Origin: Squalus acanthias
Taxonomy: Eukaryota
DNA: 64,000 bases
NCBI GenBank assembly: GCA_030390025.1
Contig: CM059432.1
Span: 84,384,001 to 84,448,000, forward strand
Direction of reading: 5' to 3'
Part shown: positions 49,993 through 60,708 of the stretch, piece by piece
Numbering within the stretch: position 1 is the first letter of the stretch
How the letters are laid out: each line of letters opens with the position of its first letter
Program-made: the position numbers and the translations under genes
The notes under the pieces: model-generated
Databases searched by the model: none
Told to the model about the DNA's origin: nothing
Seen by the model: only the letters and a program-made list of their open reading frames with translations

Positions 49993-50821
49993 TCTTGGCA
50001 GCAAAATGGATTACAGGTCTCTCCAGGCTGAGATTCAAGGCTGCAATGAGCAGGGTGTGGCTGGGGAGCAAGTGGCCCCCCCCCGCTTTAAGAAGTGTCC
50101 GGCGCCAGTGTGTCTGTGTTCCCGCGCTAACTGGCAGCAGCTGCGCTGCGCTCGTGCGCTGAGTTAGCGCCTCACTCCTAGGCCTTTGCGCCTTAAGAGA
50201 GGTGTGCAGCGCCTAATTTAGCGCTCCACTCACCTCCCGGGGCGGTAAAAGTGAAGTTTCCTGTCAGTGCCGATAATTAGCGCCAGGCGCTAATATTTGC
50301 GCCCCAAATGGGGCGCGACCTAATTTCTACCCCTAAGTATTTTAAACAAAAATTTAATTTTTTGAAAAAAATAATTAAAGTTTTTTACGGGGCTAAAAAT
50401 AAACTTACCTTTTTTTAAAGTATTCTTAAATGATAAATCAGTGAAATTAAAAAAAAAAAAAACTTTTTTCAACTCTTATCCTGGTAAAAGCAGGCCTTAC
50501 GCCTGCTTTTACCAGGCGTAACAATTGTAAGGGTTTTCTGCAGGCGGAGGGTCTCCAAAAAGCGGAACTATCCGCCCGCAGAGGCCCTTCTCCAGGGCAG
50601 CCGGAGGATCTGTCAAGACCATTCTTGACAGATCGGAAATGCCGGTTTTCAGTGCATGCACTGTGCATGCCTAAAACCAGCATTTCCGATGTCCCTACAG
50701 GTGGGTACACAGCACGTACCCACCCGTAGGGATCAGAATGTCTGGGCCCATATTTTGATAATTTTCCCTTTTAGCCAAGAAAAAAATTGGTTTCCATTCA
50801 AAGCTTTTGAGCGAACAAACA

Positions 50822-53296
50822 CTTCTACATATAGATTGGGCTAACCAAATTAGTAACAATACTGTGGAGGAGGAATTCCTGGAGTGTATACAGGATGGTT
50901 TCCTGGACCAATATGTCGAGGAACCAACTAGAGATCAGGCCATCTTAGACTGGGTATTATGTAATGAGAAAGGATTAATTAGCAATCTTGTTGTGCGAGG
51001 CCCCTTGGGTTGGAGCGATCATAATATGATAGAATTCTTCATTAAGATGGAGAGTGAAGTAGTTGACTCAGAGACTAGGGTCCTGAATTTAAATAAAGGA
51101 AACTACGATGGTATGAGGCGCGAGATGGGTAGGATTGATTGGGGAATGTCACTCAAAGGGTTGACGGTGGATAGGCAATGGCAAACATTCAAAGATCGCA
51201 TGAATGAACTACAGACTTTGTTCATCCCAGTTTGGCATAAAAATAAAACAAAAAAGGTGACTCAACCGTGGCTAACAAGGGAAATCAGGGATAGCATAAG
51301 ATCCAAGAAGAGGACATATAAATTGGCCAGAAAAAGCAGAAAACCTGATGATTGGGAGCAGTATAGGATTCAGCAAAGAAGGACAAAGGGATTAATTAAG
51401 AGGGGGAAAATAGAGTATGAGAGTAAGCTTTCAGAGAACATAAAAACTGACTGTAAAAGCTTTTATAGATATGTGAAGAGAAAAAGATTGGTGAAGTCAA
51501 GCGTAGGTCCCTTGCAGTCAGAATCAGGGGAATTTATAATGGGGAACAAAGAAATGGCAGACCAATTAAATACATACTTTGGTTCTGTCTTCACAAAGGA
51601 GGACACAAATAACCTCCCAGAGATGTCGGGGAACATAGGGTCTAATGAGAGGGAGGAATTGAAAGAACTCAGTATTTGTAGGGAAATAGTGTTAGCGAAA
51701 TTGATGGGATTGAAGGCCAATAAATCCCCAGGGCCTGATAATCTACATCCTAGGGTACTTAAGGAAGTGGCCCTAGAAATAGTAGATGCATTGCTGGTCA
51801 TCTTCCAAAATTCTATAGACTCTGGAACAGTACCCATGGATTGGAGGGTAGCTAATGTTACCCCACTATTCAAAAAAGGTGGTAGAGAGAAAACGGGGAA
51901 TTATAGTCATCGGTAGTGGGGAAAATGCTAGAGTCCATTATAAAAGATGTAATAGCAGAGCACTTGGAAAACAGTGACAGGATCGGACAAAGTCAACATG
52001 GATTTACAAAAGGTAAATCGTGCTTGACTAATCTACTGGAATTTTTTGAGGATGTAACTGGTAAAATAGATAAGGGAGAACCAGTGGATGTGGTGTATTT
52101 GGACTTTCAGAAGGCTTTCAAAATAGGTCCCGCATAAGAGATTAGCGTGTAAAGTTAAGGCACATGGGATTGGGGGTAAGGTATTGACTTGGATAGAGAA
52201 CTGGTTGGCAGACAGAAAGCAAAGATTTGGAATAAATGGGTCTTTTTCCGAGTGGCAGGCAGTGACTAGTGGGGTACCGCAGGGATCGGTCCTTGGACCC
52301 CAGCTATTCACAATATATATGAATGATCTAGACGAGGGAATTGGATGTAATATCTCTAAGTTTGCAGACGACACAAAGCTGGGTGGGAGTGTGTGCCGTG
52401 AGGAGGATGCCGAGAAACTCCAGTATGATTTGGACAGGTTGGGTGATTGGGCAGAAGCATGGCAGATGCAATATAATGTGGATAAATGCGAGGTTATCCA
52501 CTTTGGTGTCAAAAACAGGAAGGCAGATTATTATCTGAATGGCAATAGATTGGGAGAAGGGGAAGTGCAACGAGACCTGGGTGTCCTTGTGCACCAGTCG
52601 CTGAAGGTAAGCATGCAGGTGCAGCAGGAGGTTAAGAAGGCAAATGATATGTTTGCCTTCGTAGCGAAAGGGTTCGAGTACAGGAATAAGGATGTCTTGC
52701 TGCAGTTGTACAGGGCCTTGGTGGGACCACATCTTGAGTATTGTGTGCAGTTTTGGTCGCCTTATCTGAGGAAGGATGTTCTTGCCATGGAGGGAGTGCA
52801 GCGAAGATTCACCAGGTTGATACCTGGGATGGCAGGAATGACGTATGAGGAGAGATTGGGTCGACTGGGCTTATACTCGCTGGAGTTTAGAAGAATGAGA
52901 GGGGATCTCATTGAAACTTATAACATTCTAACAGGACTAGACAGACTAGATGCAGGAAGGATGTTCCCGATGGCCGGGGAGTCCAGAACCAGGGGTCACA
53001 GTCTAAGGATAAGGTTAAAGGTAAGCCATTTAGGACTGAGATGAGGAGGAATTTCTTCACCCAGAGAGTGGTGAACCTGTGGAATTCTCTACCACAGAAG
53101 GCAGTAGAGGCCAATTCATTAAATATATTCAAGAAGGAGTTAGATATATTTCTTAAGCTAAAGGGATCAAGGGATATGGAGAGAAGGCAGGGACAGGGTA
53201 CTGAATTTGGATGATCAGCCATGATCTCATTGAATGGCGGAGCAGGCTCGAGGGGCTGAATGGCCTGCTCCTGCTCCTATCTTCTATGTTTCTATG
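50822..53296 (+). mobile_element. 5'-truncated CR1 LINE (ORF2 with a small deletion and frameshifts)
   Basis: SDHN, KSPGPD, LDFQKAF, GVPQGS, FADD, HLEYCVQFW; tail CTATGTTTCTATG. Confidence 0.95.
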
Positions 53297-56104
53297 CTCT
53301 TCTTGACCTGGTGCCCCATACCCAAAATTACCATTTTCTTTTTTCTTGCATATTTGATCTTACTTATTCATTTCTCTTTTGGGAAAAGCAATGCTGCATT
53401 ATCAGAACACTGTCTTACTCTGGGGAACAGCACAGAAAAAATAAACTTTTGTCTCACAGGTCAACAGATTAAACCTTGACAAAAACTGCTGGGGAGCAAC
53501 AAAAAAGAGAAAAAAACTCCACCAGAACAAATTGAGATGAACAGACTGTGTGCTATTATGGTGTGATAAATTGATGCGGGATGTTTTGTTGACTGCACAC
53601 AATGTTGTAGAATCTCAGTTTTAACTTGCTTCAGGTAAAAATACAGCCAATTTGTTCATTTAATCGTCAGCTGATAATCACAGATAATCTAACTTTGATT
53701 TCCAACAAATCAGCCCAAAAAGCTCATAATATTCAACTAACAATTCTACAAATACATATTCAGATTACAAATGCTGTAATACTTCATGAGAATCAATATT
53801 TTCACCAATAATGATGAATTTCAGAATAACATGTGCAGACCCTTTTGAAACACTGTGCTCAACCACAGATAGCATTATCTTATAAGAAAATAAATAGTTG
53901 TTTCCTTCATTTTCCAAACCTTCAAGATCTTATAACAACAGAATAATATGGAAGTTAAAAAACAAAAGTTGAAATTTCCCCCATTAATAGTCAGTAAGGG
54001 CAAATTCCACCCAAGACTTAAGGCATGGTCATAAAAGCTGTAGAAACTGTCACATGATTTTCAAGTGTTTATCAAATCAGCAGTCCAATATTTCTGTGGT
54101 GAAGCTTCTTCTGAAACCGTATTGTTTGATTATTAATGCCTAACACTAATAATTAAGTACCTTGACAATACTTCCAAGAACTACGATGTATTCTAATCGA
54201 TGACAATTAAACAATTATGAATTAATATCTAAAGGTAAGTATAAAACATGTTTAGCTAACAGTCAGGTTTTCTTTATTTCAAGTATATCATACATGTCTG
54301 TCAGTGTTCATAACTCATCACAAACTCATTAACTTGACTTAACCTTTAGACTAAGTTTGTACGGGGCCCTGTTGAGGAGAATAAAATATATTGAAAATAA
54401 ATTAGATTTAGTGTAGCCAATTTATAAGTAAATTATATAAATAAAAAATAATCATTATAGAGTAGAAAATAATAGTTTGAAGAGAAATAGTAGGAACAGC
54501 GTCTGAAACCAATTGTTTAGCAAATGCATCAAATTGAATTCACAACAATCATCTTTGCATCAATAAAGCATTGAATTGGGAATATATTTACCAGAACTGG
54601 TAAATGGACATTTCCAAAACAATGTATTGTTGGGAAAATAACTTAATCTAAGTATATACCTTACCTTAATGATGCTCAATTCATGAATAGCAACTAAAAT
54701 AGGGCTAGAAGGTTGAGAAAGCTCAATGACACTTATTCGTTGAAAATGTATGTAAGAACTGAACTGAGAATGACATGAATCTCCAAATTCACTGAAATAG
54801 ATCTTGTATTCGTACTGTACAGCATAATGCTGATTTACTGGATTGTGGTACATGGGATGCTTTTTCTAGCTCTTCTACTGTAATCTGTAAATTTCCAAAT
54901 CTGTGAATTATCTGCAAATAAAATACTGTGCCTCAAATGCATAATCAGAATAAAAAATATTATCAAGAATGTACATAATATTTTCTATTATGCTTGTGTT
55001 TGTAGTTGACTATAATTTCCAAATAATTGCATGACCAAAACCATACTAGAAAATCCTCTGAGATCATGTTTCATTTGGCGTCAATTTTCTTCTTAAATCT
55101 GATCTAGTGCAATTTTTAGCATTAATGCATGACATCTGAAGAAAAATATTATTGTCTGGCCCAGTATTAGCTGCAATTTTCAATAATATTCACAGTAGAT
55201 GGTAGTGTAGAAAGTAGAGCTTTTACGCTACTTTAGTCAAAGTTATAAACCTTGTCCCAATAGGACTGACTTGATTTAAGATGAGGGTATCACCCTCCTA
55301 ATTCACAATATATTTGTTTGAAAGAAGTATTTTTCCTGTACCACGTGTAAAATATATTTTTGAAAGCCTGTCTTACTGGGAACAGGTGTCCAATGCTACG
55401 CAGATATGTACAACTATGCCACTCAGAAAATAATTAATTGTTTCAGAAGCAGCAGTAACAGAACAAGTACTATGATATTAGTTCAGGAACACAAAGGCCT
55501 CGATATTAATCCCCCCCCCACCCCCCCCCCCCCCACAATGATGGGTGGGGGAGGGTTAAAAAGTAAAATGAGCAGAACATGACTGCAACCCGCCACACAC
55601 GCACCCACCGCTATTTTTAAAGGAGGCAGATATCGGGGCGTCCATGTGTCCCACCATGGAGAGGCAGATCGCTCATTAAATCAGGCTCCTACAATGCAGA
55701 TGGAAATCTGGTTTGAATTGAACTCGTGTTGCATGGGTTTCCCAAGGGTCGGGAAAATCAGCAATGAAATAGAGGCGGGAGCTGCTGGCTCCCCAAGTTA
55801 AGTGGCTGTTTCAGCACTCCTTTTGGGCCAAGAGGAGCAGGAGTGCTAACCCCCAGGCTCCTCAAGGAAGCCTTCAGCACCCCAAACTCTGATCGCCAGC
55901 CCCCCCAGCCCTGCTCGCCAGCCTCTCTCCCCACAGCCCTTTTTGCCAGCCCCTCCAGCTCTGCTCGCCAGCCTTTCCCCCCCATCCCCCCCCAGCGCTG
56001 ATCGTCAGCCTCCCTCCCCACCCAGCCAATGTTGCCTCTTATATTTTGGGGGGCACGGCCCCTTTAAGGGGCTGTGCAGCCCATTCACAGTTTCATGTGA
56101 TTTG

Positions 56105-59100
56105 ATATTTGATCGAGGTGTTCAAAATCATGAGGGGGTCTGGACAGAGTAGATAGAGAGAAACTGTTCCCATTGGCAGAAGGGTCGAGAACCAGAGGAC
56201 ACAGATTTAAGGTGATTGGCAAAAGAACCAAAGGCGACATGAGGAAAAACTTTTTTACGCAGCGAGTGGTTAGGATCTGGAATGCACTGCCTGAGAGGAT
56301 GGTGGAGGCAGACTCAATCATGGCTTTCCAAAAATAAGAAAAAAATTAGCAGGGCTACGGGGAAAGGGTGGGGGAGTGGAGCTAGCTGAAGTGCTCTTGC
56401 AGAGAGCCGGCATAAGCTCAATGGGCCAAATTCTTTGCTGTAACCATTCTATGATACTATGGCCAGAATTTTCCGGGGGCCGTGCGGGCGTGATCGGAGG
56501 CGTGTTGGTTGGGAAAGTTGAAATTTCTTGCAGCGGGTCAGGAACCCACCGTCATCCCACCTTTCCCTCAGGCGTGTCTGTTAGCACGGTAGCAACCTGG
56601 CCGGCAGAGGCGGGCAACCCAATTTAAAGGATTATTAGCTTGTTGTCAGACCCTTAAGAATGTTTTTAACCTTATCTTTCCAATTTCACTGGATGTCCAC
56701 GGGACTCATGCTGCTCAGGGACCACGTCTGTCAATCTGAGGCGGGAGTTGAGTGGCCATTGATCCAGCTGATTAGTTGACAGCATCAAATGTACTATAAA
56801 AGCACCCACCTGACAGCTGATCACTTTCCTCAGGCAGAAGCTGTTGCTCACTGCATTGCCAGCACAGATTGAACTTTCTGCAGGCTGCAAGTCTTTCCAG
56901 CAAAGTCTCCATCCAGTATCACCTTATTGGAAGAGCCTCTCTCACCATTGACAGATTGCTTCTGTTATCTCTACTTCACCTGCCATGTATTCCATCAACA
57001 TGGGTGCCATTTATACTGTCTCACCTTGGTCCTCAGAATCTGATGCCCAACACCAGCAGCACCAGGCACACCAGCAGTACCAACAACAACACCAACCTTC
57101 TCTGCAATCACCTGATGCTCCACAGGACAGAGGGCATCAGCACCCGAGCACATTGCTGCCCAGGAGGCCAGGGATGGCCTCGCCATGGCCAGGTTTACTT
57201 AACTTTATGCTGTACACTCATATGACGCCAAGTTGGCACCACCCCACACCAACACCATAAAGCATCCCTACAATGACCAAGCCATTCCTATCACACTCAC
57301 CACCATTGCTGGCAGCACCATTATGTCTCACCATTCACTGCAACTCACTAAGCCACTTCCAAAGGTGCACACAAATCTGTCCAAGACCGGAAAGTGTTGA
57401 AAATAAAGATTTTTATGTTTGACAGCACATTAACGGAAACTTTACATAAACATTGGATAAAACACCCAAGTGGCTACCGTTGTGAATCTACTTCCGTGTC
57501 ATCTTTCTCTTCTGCATGCTTCTACAAGGTGCTACCCCTGTGGCTTCAGCAGAGGTAGTGGCAGCCTACTCACTTCCCTGCTGCCAAGGAGCTGGAGAGC
57601 ACCTTGCTGCGCATCAATGGGGCCATGAGGACCCATGTCTACGCTGACACCCCTTCTAGAGAGGAGGTCTATGAGTCTCTGCCATCGATTCTCCATAGCT
57701 AGCCATCTATTCGCCATAGAGACCATGCAATCCTGTGAGTGACACATTAGCTGCTCCATGTAGGTGCCCATCCTATCCATGGAGGAGCCTACAGTCACCA
57801 TCGCTTGTGACATGGTGGTGCTCATGTTGGAGATGGACTCCTCCATTCTCTGAACATTTGCAGACATCGCACTAGCAAAACCTGTCACAGCCTCCTGCAC
57901 TTCTTCCTGCACCTCCAGGATCGACCTCTTTCTGGATGGCCCCCGAGGTTCAACGTCTGCATGCAACTGAGCAGAGCTGGATGCGTCCTGTGCCCTCCGG
58001 CGAGGAGTCTCCACTGCTGTCCCTGTCTCCACCATCTGCTCTTGCTCACTTGTGAGTTGTGAGACACCAGGTGACAACACTACTCTATCTCGCGGGGTGC
58101 GTATCTGCGCTGGTGCCGTGTGCGCTTATGTCTGGTGACAGTGCACCCTCAGAGGCCAGGGGCTCCTCTGAGGAGTCGTCTTCCTCTTCCTTCTGGACAG
58201 TGTGGGGGGGGGGGAGTGGGGGGTGGGGGGTGGGGGGGCTCTTGATGGACCTGTGGGAGAGTAAAGAGATGAGTTAGATATGTCATATGAAGAATGGGTA
58301 CAGATACCATTATGCACATGATGACCATTCAATGGCTGCTGACATCAGTCCCCATAGGAGTGACTGCTGTATGCCATGTGACTGTATGATATGTATTTCT
58401 GTCACCAGGTTGCTGAGATGTCTGCCTCTCTCCGTCTCCCATCGCCAGCTGCTCGGCAACTCCAGATATTTCTAAAGCAACCTCCTCTGCTGTTGTACAG
58501 TTTGCAAATGATGGAGGGCCACCGCAGGTTCTCTCCCTCTCCCCCTTATTTTGAGCTTTCTTTTCCTGCAAGGAGGGAAAGAAGAGAAAGTTGAGTGAGA
58601 GTGATGGAATGAGTGTAAGGAATGGATGGGTTAGATCTTTAGAGGGATACTATGATGGAGTGGGGTGCCAAAGCCAAGTGGCCTCTTTGTGTGTTGATAG
58701 TTGGTATGATTGCATTAGGATGAGGGTGAGTGTGAGGGGTGGTTAGTCAGATGGGGATGTGATAATGTAGATAGAGAGAGAGGGATGGGTGGATGTGCAA
58801 GGTGTGTTGGTGTGAGTAATGATGTGCAGGAGCAGGGTTGGGAAGGCAGAGTGATGGGGATGTGATGAGAGGCACAGCAGGATGAAGTTGGGTGTGGCTT
58901 TGCATTCACGTTTCCTGATCTAATGAGATCATTAAAAAGTTTGCGGCACTGCACCCAGGTCCTCCTGACCACATCCCTGCTGTTGACCTCCTCTGCATAC
59001 TCCAACCAGGCTGTTTCGGTCTCCTGGGAAGGTCTCTTCCACCCATTGGAAGGGAAGAGGACTTCCCTGCGTGCTCTGACTCCGTCTACAAGCATATGGA

Positions 59101-59454
59101 GGGAGTCATCGGAGAACCTGGGTGCAGCCCTCTGCCTCTGTGCAGTCATTTCCAAAGTGTTTGCAGCACTCCAATGCTGTCGTGCACTGACTGCACTATT
59201 TTAGATCAACCTTCAAATGTAACGTGGCCATGGCCCCTTTAAATATCCCGGCTGAAAATGCGTCATTGATGACGTCAGCAGACCCGCACCATTTAATTGG
59301 ACTAGGTAACGCGCAGGGCGGACTTAATGGGCCCTATTGAAGTAAAGTCGTTTTGTGCAGCGGGATGGAGTTAGCAATGAGGCCGCGATCCGCCGTGGCC
59401 ACTGCCTGTACCAGACTTGCCCAGGTAGGGAAAATTCCGGCCTATGATTCTATG
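56105..59454 (+). mobile_element. CR1 3' fragment (56105-56460) whose (TTCTATGA)n tail is split by a Harbinger
   Basis: LIEVFKIM..LFPLAEGSRTRGHRFK..KNFFTQRVVRIWNALP; tail resumes at 59443. Confidence 0.85.
56461..59442. mobile_element. Non-autonomous Harbinger: transposase almost entirely deleted, Myb gene retained but frameshifted
   Basis: TIR GGCCAGAATTTTCC / GGAAAATTCCGGCC (13/14), TSD TAT/TAT; minus exons 59149-58910, 58565-58406, 58250-~57480. Confidence 0.9.
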
Positions 59455-59957
59455 AAACTTTACATTGAAAAAGCCGGTCCTGGGCTGTGCGGGACCGGAG
59501 AGAGATGCACGGCCGCGCAGCTTATAGGGAACATTGCCCCCAGCCCTCATGACCAGCCTCCCCTCCCTCCCGATTGCCAAATGCCCCAATCGCAGGCCTC
59601 CCCCCCCCATCCCAATTGCCGACCATCATCTCCCCCCATCCCTGATTGCTGACATTTTCCCCTCCTCCCAGCCCCGATTGCCGACCTTTCCCAATTGCTA
59701 GAAACTGTCCCCAAGGGTCCCCGGCTACGGCCTACTGCCACTGGTGTAACCTCCTGCCCACCAGCCAGGCTGTCCATTTGGCTGGCTGCCAGGCGAGAAA
59801 TGGAGGGACAAGATGTTAATGAGGTCCTGCTGTTAAGCTTGAGCTTTTCAGGTCTTCGGCCATTTTCTGCCTCAACCGCACCCTCCTCTCCTCCCCATAA
59901 ATATCGGGGCCAAAGATTCATACTTCTTAGAATCATACAAATTAATTCAAGCAATCA

Positions 59958-60056
59958 AATGTCAATATGGATAGCTCTTTCAAAGAGCTTGCACGGGTAC
60001 GACAGGCTGAATAGCCTTCTTCTGTGCTGTAGATTCTATAATTCTATGATTCTATA
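59958..60056 (+). mobile_element. CR1 3' tail fragment
   Basis: GATAGCTCTTTCAAAGAGC...GGCTGAATAGCCTTCTTCTGTGCTGTA then ATTCTAT repeats. Confidence 0.75.
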
Positions 60057-60334
60057 TGGAAGGGTTAGTTTAAGAAAAAAGCCAGTTTTTAGAATATTTT
60101 GGAATTTCTGGGTCATAGTTAAGAATGTCTTTCAGTGTTAAATCTCCAGTTGGAAGAGTACAGTAATGAAATCTGCCAGCACTGTGGAATGGTTCAGTGC
60201 AAAGGAAAATACTTCTATTTCATTGAACCATGATATGTAGTTTTAATGATGCGGAGATGCCGGTGTTGGACTGGGGTGGACAAAATTGAGAGGTCGCACA
60301 ACACCAGGTTATAGTCCAACAGTTTTATTTGAAA

Positions 60335-60372
60335 TCACAAGCTTTCGGAGCTATCACTCCTTCCTCAGGTGA
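60335..60372 (-). ncRNA. Minimal type I hammerhead ribozyme motif
   Basis: UCAC-CUGAGGA-A-GGAG-ugauag-CUCC-GAAA-GC-UU-GUGA: core boxes, stem II, palindromic AAGCUU, stem I UCAC/GUGA. Confidence 0.85.
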
Positions 60373-60708
60373 AGTAAATTGGATACAGAATCGCCAGAGC
60401 ATATATAGATGGAAAAAAAAGCATGTGTACTTTACAATTGCAGACCAATAAATTAAATCATCCTGACTATCTGCCGAGGTGTGATAAAGTTAATTAAGTC
60501 AGCCAGGAAGGTACCACATCAAAAGACATAGCAAGATACAACTGAGACAATGAGGTGTAGTCGCAGGGGTTCCAACGTGTCAAAAGCTGCCGTCTGTATG
60601 TAAAACGAAAAGCTTTAAAAAAAAATTTTTACTTTTTTACTGGGAAAATTTTTACTTTTTTACTGGGAATCACATCTGTGAACAAGCTAACGACGACTCG
60701 AGTCCGGA

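Larger units (their letters stand above)
46169..50333. mobile_element. Apparently intact autonomous PIF/Harbinger transposon, 4165 bp
   Basis: TIR GGGGTAAAAATT / AATTTCTACCCC (11/12), TSD TAA/TAA, two convergent open genes. Confidence 0.96.
45821..50748. mobile_element. Harbinger MITE (sister of 13527-14273, opposite orientation) split by the autonomous element
   Basis: GGCCCGTATTTTCC / AGAATGTCTGGGCC, TSD CAT/CAT; halves 45821-46168 and 50334-50748. Confidence 0.92.
55496..59911. mobile_element. Harbinger-type MITE expanded by nested CR1 and Harbinger insertions
   Basis: GGCCTCGATATT / AATATCGGGGCC (11/12), TSD AAA/AAA. Confidence 0.8.

Noticed and set aside
60623..60670. 23-bp tandem duplication in the Penelope 3' region
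   Set aside because: Ordinary slippage in AT-rich sequence.
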